In this document: piece after piece, positions 45,640 to 55,373 of the stretch | Layout of the letters: each line of letters starts with the position of its first letter | Position numbering within the stretch: position 1 is the first letter of the stretch | From: Candidatus Pelethousia sp. | GTDB taxonomy: Bacteria > Bacillota > Clostridia > Christensenellales > CAG-138 | Length of the DNA stretch: 64,000 nucleotides | Direction of reading: 5' to 3' | NCBI GenBank assembly: GCA_034928145.1 | Contig: JAYFPE010000016.1 | Location: 6,953-70,952, forward strand | Position numbers and translations under genes: made by a program | Notes under the pieces: generated by a model | What the model was told of the DNA's origin: nothing | Seen by the model: only the letters and a program-made list of their open reading frames with translations | Database searches by the model: none

Positions 45640-48600
45640 GGCCATCCTCCCCGGAAATGGCGGCAAAAAAGGCCGCCCGATTCACGCTTCTAAGATCCCG
45701 GGCCTTGCTGCCCGCAGCCGGGTCAAAGCCGCATACGCCTTTGTAATCGCAGCCCTCGCAGGCATCCTGCCTGCGGCAGCGGGCGGGCGAGACCGCGGCA
45801 TCCCCCTGCATGATGGCGGAAAGCGTATCCCTGGCCTTATCCTTGGCAAAGCCAACCACTGCGTCAAGCTCCGCCCGCTCCACCAGGCCGGCCGCAGCTT
45901 TGCCTGTGGGGATCAGCCGGTTGGCCGGATCCTGCCCGGCTGTGGCCTCCACCACGGCCTCTTCCGAAAGGGTGAGGCCGCGCAGGCGAAAAGCCTCCTG
46001 GATACGCTCGGACAAAGGGATATCCGCCTCCTGCGTCACCGGGTCGGCAATGGGCATGTAATACATGCCGGCGGGCGCAGCCAAGCGCTCCACGGCCTGG
46101 ATGGCCGCCACATAGAGCGGCAGCTGGAGTTTGAGCCCGTGATAAAGCTGTGTAAAGTCGAACATCGCCCCGCCGCTCTTATAATCCACCACACGGTAGT
46201 AGGATTGTCCCTCGATTTCGGCTTCGTCCACCCGGTCGATGCGGCCGCTAAGGGCATAGGAAGCGCCGCCCGGCAGGGTGATGGCAAGCGGCGGGTATTC
46301 GCAGCCCCGGCCAAAGCGCACCTCGCTTCTACCCGGCTGGAAGGAACCCAGCTGCGCCTGCCGCACGATGGCCCGGGCCGTGGCCTTTACGGTCCCCACT
46401 AGGCGCGCCGCCTTGGCCCGGCCCCGGGCCGTATCCATCAGCACGCCGCCATTGTGCGCCGCCAGGAGGGGGGGCAAAAGGGCATCCAGAATTTCATCCA
46501 CAGCCGCTTCATCCAAGGCGCGGATATCCCCCCGGGCAGCCTCGCGCAAGAATGCGTCCAACGCCTCGTGGCAGAAAGCGCCCTCGTCCGCCCGGCGCTC
46601 CTTGTATTCCTTGCGGGGCTGGGCCGCGAGTCCATATTGCACAAAATGGCGGAAGGGGCAGCGGTTGTAGGTTTCGAGGCGCGTGGCCCCACCGCCAGGC
46701 GCATCCCCATAAAGCCGCAGGGCCAGGCCGTAGCCGAAGGGCTCCGGCGAAAGGCTGGGATACAGCGCTTCTTCTAGACGGCTAAGTTCCGCCGCATATT
46801 CGGGCCGCACCGCGAACCAGCCGTAAAGGGGGGCCAGATCCAGCGGCTCCACGCCCGTATCCACATAGGCGCGCAGACCGGAAGCAAGGGCCACCAGCGC
46901 GCCCGCCGGGCTTTGGGGCGGCGGCGGGAAGAGCTGGCTTTCCTCCGGGATATCCGGGAAAAGGGCGCGAATGCGGTCGATCATGGCCGCGGGCAGGGCG
47001 GCCTCCGCCCCGGCGCGCATGGTATAGGATAGGTAAAGCAAGTCGCTGGGTTTTGCGAGGGCCGCGTAGATATCCATGCGAGCGGCCTCGGCGCGCTCGG
47101 CGCTGTTCTCCCAGCGGGGCAGGCCCAGGGCTTCCAGCCTGGCCAGCTCCTCGTCGTCGATCAGGCCGTCGTCCGCCTCGTCGGGCGGGAAGCTGCCCTC
47201 GTTGGCGCCCAGCACGAACAGCGCCTTCAGGTCCCGGGCGCGCGTGCGGTCGAGGCTGCCCAGCAGCACCTGATCCGCAGTGGCCGGGATGGCGCCGATC
47301 TCGTAGGCTTCCATGCCCTCGCGCAGCACGGCCAGGTAGCGCTTAGTGCTGATTTTGGCATCCCCTAAGATGGCGTGCAGCTGATCGAGCACGGTGAGGA
47401 TATCGCTGTAGACCTGCGCGTTTTCCTCCATCAGCTCCAGCTCGCCCTTGGCCCGCAGGGCTTTCGTAAGGTCTTGGAGCTGGGTGTGGAGGCCCAGCGC
47501 TTCCATATAATCAAAAAGGGCCTCGGTTTTTTGTGCTGCGGTAGAAGCTGCGGCCAGGGCCTGGCGCAGGGAAAGAAGCGGGGCCATCACGGCCTTGCGC
47601 ACGGCTTCGGCCCCGGCCGGCGCATCCTTGCCGCCAAAGGGTCGCGTCAGCGCCGTGCCCCGAAGGCCGGTGGCCAGGAGGTGGTTCTCAAAAAGCTCCG
47701 CGTCCGCCCGTTCCACGCCGCAAAGGCCGGTTTTAACGAGATCGAGCACGTCGTTTTGCGCAAAGCCCCGGCTCACGCAGCTAAGGGCGGCGATCAAGAG
47801 CCTGGGCGCGGCATAATCCGCCAGGCGGTGCAGCGCATCGGCAAAAAATGGAATGCCCCGCACCCGCAGCGCCCGGGCCAGCGGGTCGAGATAGGCCGGG
47901 CCGGCTGCGATCACGGCCATCTCGCGGTAGCGCAGGCCGCCTTGCGCGGCTCGCAGCACCGCCTCGGCCGCAGCCTCGCACTCGCCCGGCACATCCAGCG
48001 CGGCAAAGATGCGGATGGAGCCTGCGTCGCCCCCGCCCGCAAAGGGGCGAAAGGGCCAGGCGAAGGCTTCCCTTTCCAAATGAAGCAAGCGGGCTCCGGA
48101 TTGGCGGGGTTGGAAACCCGGCTGGGGCAGGTTGTGAATGGCCACGGGGCAATCCCGCTCCGCGGCCATGGCCCGCAGGCGTGTGAGCGTGCGCCGCTCC
48201 CCGCGAAAGAGGGGGGCGTCCCGGCCCGGCTGGGGGTCTAAGCGCAGGGAAATATGCAGCGAGGCGGCAATCTCCATCAAAATGCCCACGGCCCGCCAGC
48301 TTTGCTCACCCTTGAGCTCAACGCCATCCATCACGATGTGCCGGCCGGCGAAAGAAGAATGGGGCAGAGCCGCGCAAAAGGCCGCGAAGGCATCCTCCTC
48401 ATCGAGATAGCGGCCCGCGAGATAGCTTTCCGTTTCTGTATATAGTAAGGAAAGATCCCGCAGCTTTTCACCTAACAAGTCCTCCTGCGGCAAGGCCCGC
48501 GCGGCCTGCGAGAGGCGCTCCGGGCCGATCTCATAGCGCTTGAAGCGGGTAAAGAGCTGGGCGCAGGCGGCCGTGAAGCCCGGCGTTTGCCGCACCCGGC

Positions 48601-48910
48601 CAAATGAGGTTAGCTGCGAACCCATTTCCTCCGTCATTTTGCGCACGGCCATGCGCTTGCCCTGGGGAGAAAGAAATACGGCCCCGCCGCCCCGCTCCGC
48701 CAGGGCCCGCCGGGCCAGGGTGGTAAAAGAATAAACGGGTACGCCGGCCAGGCCGCCTTCGGCCAGCTGACGCTCCGTCTCATAGGTAAACTGCTCAGGC
48801 ACGATATAGGCCACGGCTACGCCATCCGCCAGCAGCGCCCGCACGCGCTCGCGCAAAAAACGGCTTTTGCCCGTACCTGCCCGGCCCAATATGAGATCGA
48901 CGGCGGCCAT
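45623..48910 (-). CDS. addB: ATP-dependent helicase/deoxyribonuclease subunit B
   Basis: The N-terminal Walker A is GRAGTGKS. The C-terminal nuclease domain (YYRVVDYKSG) carries an Fe-S cysteine cluster (C...CEGCDYKGVC). It lies immediately upstream of addA. Confidence 0.9.
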   Translation of the reverse strand: MAAVDLILGRAGTGKSRFLRERVRALLADGVAVAYIVPEQFTYETERQLAEGGLAGVPVYSFTTLARRALAERGGGAVFLSPQGKRMAVRKMTEEMGSQLTSFGRVRQTPGFTAACAQLFTRFKRYEIGPERLSQAARALPQEDLLGEKLRDLSLLYTETESYLAGRYLDEEDAFAAFCAALPHSSFAGRHIVMDGVELKGEQSWRAVGILMEIAASLHISLRLDPQPGRDAPLFRGERRTLTRLRAMAAERDCPVAIHNLPQPGFQPRQSGARLLHLEREAFAWPFRPFAGGGDAGSIRIFAALDVPGECEAAAEAVLRAAQGGLRYREMAVIAAGPAYLDPLARALRVRGIPFFADALHRLADYAAPRLLIAALSCVSRGFAQNDVLDLVKTGLCGVERADAELFENHLLATGLRGTALTRPFGGKDAPAGAEAVRKAVMAPLLSLRQALAAASTAAQKTEALFDYMEALGLHTQLQDLTKALRAKGELELMEENAQVYSDILTVLDQLHAILGDAKISTKRYLAVLREGMEAYEIGAIPATADQVLLGSLDRTRARDLKALFVLGANEGSFPPDEADDGLIDDEELARLEALGLPRWENSAERAEAARMDIYAALAKPSDLLYLSYTMRAGAEAALPAAMIDRIRALFPDIPEESQLFPPPPQSPAGALVALASGLRAYVDTGVEPLDLAPLYGWFAVRPEYAAELSRLEEALYPSLSPEPFGYGLALRLYGDAPGGGATRLETYNRCPFRHFVQYGLAAQPRKEYKERRADEGAFCHEALDAFLREAARGDIRALDEAAVDEILDALLPPLLAAHNGGVLMDTARGRAKAARLVGTVKATARAIVRQAQLGSFQPGRSEVRFGRGCEYPPLAITLPGGASYALSGRIDRVDEAEIEGQSYYRVVDYKSGGAMFDFTQLYHGLKLQLPLYVAAIQAVERLAAPAGMYYMPIADPVTQEADIPLSERIQEAFRLRGLTLSEEAVVEATAGQDPANRLIPTGKAAAGLVERAELDAVVGFAKDKARDTLSAIMQGDAAVSPARCRRQDACEGCDYKGVCGFDPAAGSKARDLRSVNRAAFFAAISGEDGHGMDD

Positions 48911-48912
48911 GG

Positions 48913-49446
48913 CTAAAAGCGGGTCCTGTGCAGGACCGAATAGACCATACGGTTATCGTGGCGCACGCTTTCGAAGAGGGCGATGCCCTGCACCTGCATG
49001 GAGGCGTTGGGCGAAAGCGCGGCCAGGTTCTCCAGCGCTTCCTCGGGTAGCACGACGCTGCGGCCCAAGGTGATGTGCGGGGTGAAGCGCTTTTGCTCGC
49101 GGGGGAAGCCGCGCTCGGCAAGGGCGCTTTGCAGGGATTCATAAAGGGCGTTGAGCTCGTCCAGCTCGCCCAGCAGGGAAAGGAAGGCCGTATGCCCTTC
49201 CTTGCGCGCAAAGGTGGAAAAGCGGCTCAGATGCAGGCCGAAGGGGCGTATGCCCCGGCATGCTTCCTCCATGGCCAGCGCGGCCCCGGCCAGATCGTTG
49301 CTCTCGCCGATAAAATGCAGGGTGATGTGGAAATTCGCGGCGGGCACGAAGCGGCCGCCCGCGCTTTTCGCGCGAACCGCCTCCTGTAAGGCGGCGATCT
49401 CCTTGCAAAAGGACTTGGGCAGCTCGATGGCGATAAATAGGCGCAT
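48913..49446 (-). CDS. thpR: RNA 2',3'-cyclic phosphodiesterase (2H phosphoesterase, LigT/ThpR)
   Basis: Two HxT/S motifs are present: NFHITLHF and TPHITLGR. 177 aa. Confidence 0.85.
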   Translation of the reverse strand: MRLFIAIELPKSFCKEIAALQEAVRAKSAGGRFVPAANFHITLHFIGESNDLAGAALAMEEACRGIRPFGLHLSRFSTFARKEGHTAFLSLLGELDELNALYESLQSALAERGFPREQKRFTPHITLGRSVVLPEEALENLAALSPNASMQVQGIALFESVRHDNRMVYSVLHRTRF

Positions 49447-49621
49447 GGTATTCCCCCTTATATTTACACAGCGGGTATCAATGAATTGATCTATTAAAAT
49501 TATAGCATTATTGACGAAAATAAAAAAGCGGCCCGCAAAAGCGGATCGCTTTGAGTCCGAAGCATCAAACTATCAAAAAAGCACGCGAAGGCCGGAGGTT
49601 GCAGCTACCTTTTTGACAGCA

Positions 49622-50083
49622 TTAGGATGCGGCTTTGGGGCTGGCGCTGGCCGTGGGCGCATAAGGGACGATGGTGCCGTCGGCCTTGATGTAGAATTGA
49701 TCCACCTTTTCGGTGCCCGCGGGCTCCTCCAGCATCACGTGATAAACCTGGTCGTTCATATAGGTGACGTAGGTGATGGTTTTGATCTTCACGTTGCTAT
49801 AGGCCTCTTCGATGGCGTCCTTCACTTTTTGAGGCAGCTCGGATTCCTCTACCGTTTTGCCTTCCTCAAAGCCCGTAATGGTTTCCGTGCCGCCTGCAGC
49901 GCCTCCGTTGGTCACAGCCGGGCTGGCGCCCGCATTCGGAGAGACGGCCGCCGCAGGGGAGGGGCTGGCCAGGGGCGTAGCGGGCGTGATGGGAGAGGGA
50001 GAGGGAGTCGGTGTGGTGGGCGTGCAGCCCAAGGCCAGCGCCAGTACCAGCACCAACAAGCCTATAAGGACTGTTCTCTTCAT
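49622..50083 (-). CDS. putative lipoprotein with PepSY-like domain
   Basis: A signal peptide with lipobox LALGC and a Pro/Thr/Ser linker are followed by LPQKVKDAIEEAYSNVKIKTITYV...YHVMLE...FYIKADGTIV. Confidence 0.6.
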   Translation of the reverse strand: MKRTVLIGLLVLVLALALGCTPTTPTPSPSPITPATPLASPSPAAAVSPNAGASPAVTNGGAAGGTETITGFEEGKTVEESELPQKVKDAIEEAYSNVKIKTITYVTYMNDQVYHVMLEEPAGTEKVDQFYIKADGTIVPYAPTASASPKAAS

Positions 50084-50553
50084 TATTTGTTTATCCTCCT
50101 TGCATGTTTGCCGGAATACCGGCGTGTTCTTGGGTTAGTATGCCCGGGATGCGGCGGCCTATACCAGGCTTGCAAGGCGTGTTCTTTTATAAAGAAAAAC
50201 GAAGAATTTGTTATAAATATTTATGTTAATTTTAACATATAACATAGATATCAGTAACGGATTTTTACGAATACCCAGTTAGTTAATATAAAGATCCGCA
50301 GCACGTGATAAGATATCGTTAAGAATAGCATGGAACCTGTTAAGAACATATAAATATGCGCAGATTCTCCTTGAAACGTTCACACGAAGTCCATAAAATA
50401 GCCTACAAGAGGGGCAGCCTACACTTCGCGAACAGAAGCACCAATGGATACGGATTAAGGAATTATCAGAATCATCGGGTTTAGTAGGCGCGTTGGTTGC
50501 CCAAGTATTATTTTTTGGAAAGCCGGCCGTGTTCCGAAATCATTAATTTTTTT

Positions 50554-51984
50554 ATGGGAGGTATTGTCGTGAGTTTTGCAGAACAATTAGCCTCGATTAA
50601 CAGTACCATTAACGGTATTGTGTGGGGCCCGCTGATGCTGATTCTCATCGTCGGCACGGGCATCTACCTCAGCATCCGGGTAGGCTTCATCCAGTTCCGC
50701 CGCTTCGGCTATGCGATGAAGAATACGCTGGGCAAGTGTTTCCAGAAGCACGAAGTCACAGACCCCGGCGCGGTTTCCCCCGTGCAGGCCGTTACCACGG
50801 CCTTGGCGGCTACCGTCGGCACGGGCAACATCGTGGGTGTAACGGGCGCGATCGCGGCCGGCGGCCCGGGCGCCGTGTTCTGGATGGAAGTGGCCGCGCT
50901 CTTCGGCATGGTCACCAAGTATTCCGAGGTTGCCATGTCCATCCACTTCCGCGAGCGCAATTCTAAGGGAGATTGGGTCGGCGGCCCGATGTATTACATC
51001 ACTAAGGGCCTGGGCAGCAACTGGAAGTGGCTGGGCATCGTCTTCGCCGTGCTGGGCGCCATTTGCGCCTTCGGCATCGGCAACATGACGCAGATGCACT
51101 CCATAGCCACCTCCGTTTCCGGCGCGGCCAGTGTTATCTCCAGCGATGTCAATGATATGGTCATCCGCGGGGTCGCCGGCATCTCCATGTGCGTGATTAC
51201 GGCGCTGGTTCTGCTGGGCGGCATCAAGCGCATCGGTGAAGTGACGGAGCGGCTGGTGCCCATCATGGCCGTGATCTACATCGTATCTTCCTTCATCGTG
51301 ATTTTCTCCCACATCGGCAACATCGGCCCGGTGCTCAAGGCCATCTTCATCGGCGCTTTCAACCCCTCTGCCGTGGTGGGGGGCGCGGTGGGCATTACCA
51401 TCACCAAGGCCATGACCAAGGGCGTTGCCCGGGGCGTGTTCTCCAACGAGGCCGGCTTAGGCTCCGCGCCGATCGCCCATGCCGCGGCCGATACCAAGGG
51501 GCCGGTGCAGCAGGGCTTGTTCGGCATCTTTGAAGTGTTCGCGGATACCACCGTTATCTGCACCATGACCGCCTTGGTAATCCTCATGAGCGGCACGCCC
51601 ATTGACTTCAGCAAGGGCGGCGCGGGCGTGGAGTTGACCAACGCGGCCTTTGCTTCCACCTTCGGCAGCGGCGCGAGCATCGTGGTGGCCATCGGCATTA
51701 CCCTTTTCGCTGGCTCCACCATTCTCAGCTGGGGCCTGTACGGCACCCGTTGCGCGGAGTTCCTCTTTGGCGCCAAGGTTATCAAGCCCTATCAGGCCAT
51801 CTTCTGCCTGATGCTGATCGTGGGCGCGACCATGGAGCTGCAGTTGGCCTGGGATATCGCCGATACCCTTAACGCCCTCATGGCCATTCCCAACCTGATC
51901 GCGCTGCTGGGCCTCTCCCCGTTGATCATCAAGCTCACCAGGGACTATTTCCGCAAGGTGGATGCCAATACGCTGCGGGCTTAA
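50554..51984 (+). CDS. alanine/glycine:cation symporter (AGCS family)
   Basis: Polytopic protein with GTGNIVGVTGAIAAGGPGAVFWM and FSNEAGLGSAPIAHAAA. The start may be ATG 50554 or GTG 50569 (GGGAGG lies 7 nt upstream of the latter). Confidence 0.85.
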   Translation: MGGIVVSFAEQLASINSTINGIVWGPLMLILIVGTGIYLSIRVGFIQFRRFGYAMKNTLGKCFQKHEVTDPGAVSPVQAVTTALAATVGTGNIVGVTGAIAAGGPGAVFWMEVAALFGMVTKYSEVAMSIHFRERNSKGDWVGGPMYYITKGLGSNWKWLGIVFAVLGAICAFGIGNMTQMHSIATSVSGAASVISSDVNDMVIRGVAGISMCVITALVLLGGIKRIGEVTERLVPIMAVIYIVSSFIVIFSHIGNIGPVLKAIFIGAFNPSAVVGGAVGITITKAMTKGVARGVFSNEAGLGSAPIAHAAADTKGPVQQGLFGIFEVFADTTVICTMTALVILMSGTPIDFSKGGAGVELTNAAFASTFGSGASIVVAIGITLFAGSTILSWGLYGTRCAEFLFGAKVIKPYQAIFCLMLIVGATMELQLAWDIADTLNALMAIPNLIALLGLSPLIIKLTRDYFRKVDANTLRA

Positions 51985-52005
51985 CCCCCGTTCCAACCGC
52001 ATAAT

Positions 52006-52045
52006 GCAAAGCGCGGAGGCGAAAAGCCTCCGCGCTTTTGCATGG
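52006..52045 (+). terminator. rho-independent terminator after the symporter gene
   Basis: Stem GCAAAGCGCGGAGGC / GCCTCCGCGCTTTTGC with a GAAAA loop. It also marks the start of the lower-GC island. Confidence 0.75.
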
Positions 52046-52347
52046 GATTTAGCACAATAATCCGCCGGTTATGCTGATACGCGTGCAAACCACTAGTTTA
52101 ACTAGCGGCTTTAATTTGACTCCAGAGATTTTTGGAGCCCGCTTTGTAACGAAGCGATAGGCGAGCACACAAAATTGTGCCACATTTCGCGCGAAAACAT
52201 TCGGAATTGACCTAATACCGCCTGCTGAACTATGATTTGGTTATGCCGCTGAGGCAAAAGTAGCGCTTCAAAGGCATGGGCGGAAGAGAATTTGGCGCCA
52301 GCATTTTATAAGCCCATCAGTCTGATTGTACACGCAATATCAAATCA

Positions 52348-52833
52348 ATGGAATGGCAGGATGTTGAGATGAGAGAAAAACTAGTCAGAAGCAGCGATAT
52401 CGAGCTTGGAATAAAAGCGAATAACTGGGAAGAGGCGATAAGTGCGGCCGGTGAGATCATGGTTCGCAACGGCCATGTAACGGCGGAATACGTGCGGGCC
52501 ATGCAGCAGGCAGTCAACGAGCTGGGGCCATATATTGTAATCGCCCCCGGCCTGGCGATGCCGCATGCGAACAGCGCGCAAGGCGTTAAGCAGAGCGCAA
52601 TCAGCATTATTACGCTGGAGTCACCTGTGGCGTTCGGACATAAGGCCAATGATCCTGTTCATATGATTGTGGGCGTTGCGGGAATGAACGACGGGCAGCA
52701 CATGGATATCATCCAGGCCATCGCATCGGTATTTGAGGAGGAGGGGGCGCTAGCGGCGCTGCTGAAGATGTGCGATAAGGAGACAATCGCGGAGATATTC
52801 AATCGATCAATTGAAGCCGGAAGGGAGGTGTAA
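52348..52833 (+). CDS. PTS EIIA component (ascorbate/mannitol-type EIIA_2)
   Basis: IVIAPGLAMPHANSAQG (phosphorylatable His) and DPVHMIVGVAG are present. The start may be ATG 52348 or 52369. Confidence 0.85.
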   Translation: MEWQDVEMREKLVRSSDIELGIKANNWEEAISAAGEIMVRNGHVTAEYVRAMQQAVNELGPYIVIAPGLAMPHANSAQGVKQSAISIITLESPVAFGHKANDPVHMIVGVAGMNDGQHMDIIQAIASVFEEEGALAALLKMCDKETIAEIFNRSIEAGREV

Positions 52834-52835
52834 CG

Positions 52836-53126
52836 ATGCTACGCGTGGTAACGATGTGCGCTTATGGAGTAGGCAGCAGCGTATTAATCAAGATGAATGC
52901 GCTCAAGGCGCTGAAGGAGCTGAATGTGGAGGCTACGGTTGAAGTCTGCGATATTATAAGCGGCAAAGGCATTGCCAAGACCGCGGATGTCATCCTGATC
53001 GGCAAGGAGCTGGCAGGAACGTTGGGGTATATTGACGTGCCGGTGATTCAGATCGACAGCTTCGTCAATAAGCAGGAGATGCGCGAGAAGCTCGAAGCGT
53101 TTTGCAGGGAGAAGGGACTCCCATAA
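52836..53126 (+). CDS. PTS EIIB component (ascorbate-family, UlaB/SgaB-like)
   Basis: 96 aa, with LRVVTMCAYGVGSSVLIK (active-site Cys). Confidence 0.8.
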   Translation: MLRVVTMCAYGVGSSVLIKMNALKALKELNVEATVEVCDIISGKGIAKTADVILIGKELAGTLGYIDVPVIQIDSFVNKQEMREKLEAFCREKGLP

Positions 53127-53154
53127 AAGCTTGGAGAATCGGAGGTAATATGGA

Positions 53155-53931
53155 ATGGACAGGTTTCTCAATAAGGTGGTTGTCGTTACCGGCGCCGCGC
53201 AGGGCATTGGGGAAACGGTATCTCTGGATTTCTATAATGAAGGCGCGACGGTATGCATGTTAGACTTGAATCTGGATGCGCTTGAGCAGGTCGCCGCGAC
53301 AAAGCAGGCTGATCGTTCGCAGATGTGCCTGTGGAAGGTGGATATCAGCGACAGCGAACAGGTTAACGCTGTATTTGGCGCCATCGGCGCAAGATTCGGC
53401 AGGATTGATATCCTTGTCAACAATGCGGGCGTGATAAAACGATGCCTGGCTGAGGAGGCGACTGATGCGCAAATCCGCCTCATGGTGGATGTGAACCTGC
53501 TGGGCCCGATGTTTTGTACCCGCGCAGCAATTCCGCACATGAAAAATATAGGCGCCAATATTGTGAACGTATCGTCGATCTTGGCGACCTTTCCAAACAC
53601 GGGCGCCGGCGTATACGGCGCGACGAAGGCCGGCATAATGGTTCTGACCAGGGTCTGGGCGGCAGAATTGGCGCCATACGGCATCCGCGTGAACTGCTAC
53701 GCGCCGGGCATTGTGGAAACGCCCATGTCGGCGGACGTGATCCAAACGCGGGCCGAATCCAAGCTAGCGCAGATTGCGCTGCGCAGGTTCGGAAAAACGC
53801 AGGATATTTTCAATCTGATTAGTTTTTACTGCTCGGATCAGGCCAGCTATATTACCGGCCAAAGCATCGGCATCGATGGCGGAATCTGGGCAACGCAGAC
53901 ACCGAACGCGGCATGGAGGCTCAACGATTAG
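53155..53931 (+). CDS. SDR-family oxidoreductase
   Basis: The cofactor motif is VVVVTGAAQGIG, with NNAG and a catalytic YGATKAG. Confidence 0.9.
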   Translation: MDRFLNKVVVVTGAAQGIGETVSLDFYNEGATVCMLDLNLDALEQVAATKQADRSQMCLWKVDISDSEQVNAVFGAIGARFGRIDILVNNAGVIKRCLAEEATDAQIRLMVDVNLLGPMFCTRAAIPHMKNIGANIVNVSSILATFPNTGAGVYGATKAGIMVLTRVWAAELAPYGIRVNCYAPGIVETPMSADVIQTRAESKLAQIALRRFGKTQDIFNLISFYCSDQASYITGQSIGIDGGIWATQTPNAAWRLND

Positions 53932-53964
53932 ATCTATAATTAAGGGAGAGAAAGGGAAAGAACC

Positions 53965-55227
53965 ATGGAGACATTCATGAACGTTGTTACCAGCGTATTT
54001 GGTAACGCAACCTTTCTGCTGGGCATTATTGCACTGATCGGCTTGCTCATCATGAAGGAGTCCTTTGGCGATGTACTGACGGGTACGATCAAGACGATGC
54101 TAGGGTACCTCATCATCAGCATTGGTTGCGGCGCCATCTCACCGACCTTGACGCCCATGACCGAGATGATCCGATATGCGATGGGCGTGGAAGGCGTTGT
54201 ACCAAACTGCCTCCCGGCCTTCGGCGTTTCCATGGCGCAATTCGGCACGGAGACTACGTTGATTTTTGTTATCGGTTTCGCGCTGAACCTGCTGCTGGCT
54301 AAATTCACGAAACTGAAATTTGTGGCGTTAACGGCGCATCTGCAGCTGTTCTGGGCGGGATTTATGGCCATCCTGCTCGCGGCGTTCGAGTTTTCCACCC
54401 TCGGGATCATTCTCATTGGCGGCATTACGGCCGGCTTGTATTATTGGCTTGCGACTGCGGTATCCTATCATTATGTAAAAGGCATCACCACCGAGCATGC
54501 CAACTTTGTTCCCAGCGTCGTTGGCTTGGTAATTGCCGGTGAGGTCGGCCGCGTTTTTCCGAAGGATAGCAAATCCACCGAAGAGATCGAATTTCCCAAG
54601 TCCCTCAACTGGTTGAAGGATACCATCGTCTCCGTTTCCGTTATCATGCTGTTGGTGAACGTGATCCTCGCCATCATTGCCGGCGTCGGCTTTGTGCAGG
54701 AGATGGCCGGCGCTACTCCCTGGGTCGTATACCTGATTACCGTGTCGCTGACCTTTGGTGGTTCCATCGCCGTTATCCTCTATGGCGTGCGCACACTGTT
54801 GGGGGCTCTTGTTCCGGCGTTCTCGGGCATTTCCGAGAAGGTTCTGCCCAATGCGAAGCTGGGACTCGATTATCCTACGGTGTATCCCTATGCGGGTACT
54901 GCAGCTATGCTGGGATTCCTGATGCATCTACTGGGCTCCATTGTCGCTTCCCTGCTCATGGTCGTCACCGGCTTTACGCCCTTGGTAATCCCCGGCGTTC
55001 AGATCAACTTTTTTGAAGGCGCTATCGTTGGCGTTTATGCTAACGCCCGGGGCGGTGTAAAGAACGTTATTCTCAGTTCCCTCCTCGTAGGCTTTATCCT
55101 CCAGTTTGGCGTTTCGCTGATCTTCCCGTATACCGGCGCCCTGATTCCGCACAGCGTTGCCTATGAAGCTATCGACTATAACACGTTTGGGCTGGTGCTG
55201 GCCAAAGTTCTCGCCATCCTCCATTAA
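53965..55227 (+). CDS. PTS EIIC component (ascorbate-family, UlaA/SgaT-like)
   Basis: A 420-aa polytopic membrane protein in an operon with the matching EIIA and EIIB. Sequence character fits SgaT-type EIIC. Confidence 0.8.
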   Translation: METFMNVVTSVFGNATFLLGIIALIGLLIMKESFGDVLTGTIKTMLGYLIISIGCGAISPTLTPMTEMIRYAMGVEGVVPNCLPAFGVSMAQFGTETTLIFVIGFALNLLLAKFTKLKFVALTAHLQLFWAGFMAILLAAFEFSTLGIILIGGITAGLYYWLATAVSYHYVKGITTEHANFVPSVVGLVIAGEVGRVFPKDSKSTEEIEFPKSLNWLKDTIVSVSVIMLLVNVILAIIAGVGFVQEMAGATPWVVYLITVSLTFGGSIAVILYGVRTLLGALVPAFSGISEKVLPNAKLGLDYPTVYPYAGTAAMLGFLMHLLGSIVASLLMVVTGFTPLVIPGVQINFFEGAIVGVYANARGGVKNVILSSLLVGFILQFGVSLIFPYTGALIPHSVAYEAIDYNTFGLVLAKVLAILH

Positions 55228-55373
55228 TTTAGGGTGGGATGCCATTGCGGGAGATACGCAAATGAAAGAAGCGGCGGGGCATACGCCGGGCCTGCATATG
55301 CCCCTTGGCTTGCCGCCTATGGTTGCGCCATGCTATCCTGTTCGAAAGGAAAGGCAGGACTAGCCGGGAGGTG

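Noticed and set aside
49447-49621. Possible third copy of the MITE-like repeat (CCTTTTTGACAGC near 49601-49613). A TTGACAAGCA string at 13086-13095 raised the same question.
   Set aside because: Only about 10-12 nt resemble the repeat end, and none of the internal blocks is present. This is compatible with a chance terminator or -35-like sequence.
49511-50242. 243-aa ORF on the + strand
   Set aside because: It is antisense to the PepSY-like lipoprotein gene and runs into AT-rich intergenic DNA. The translation is Arg/Gly-rich.
50240-50553. Glycine riboswitch upstream of the AGCS symporter
   Set aside because: The conserved core elements were not found by eye, so it is reported only as absent pending a covariance-model scan.
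52046-52347. RAT/terminator antitermination element upstream of the PTS operon
   Set aside because: The island regulator is the DNA-binding MtlR/LicR type with HTH domains, not a BglG/SacY RNA-binding antiterminator. No RAT-like hairpin overlapping a terminator was seen. A short palindrome CTAGTTTAACTAG (about 52093-52110) is noted but unsupported.
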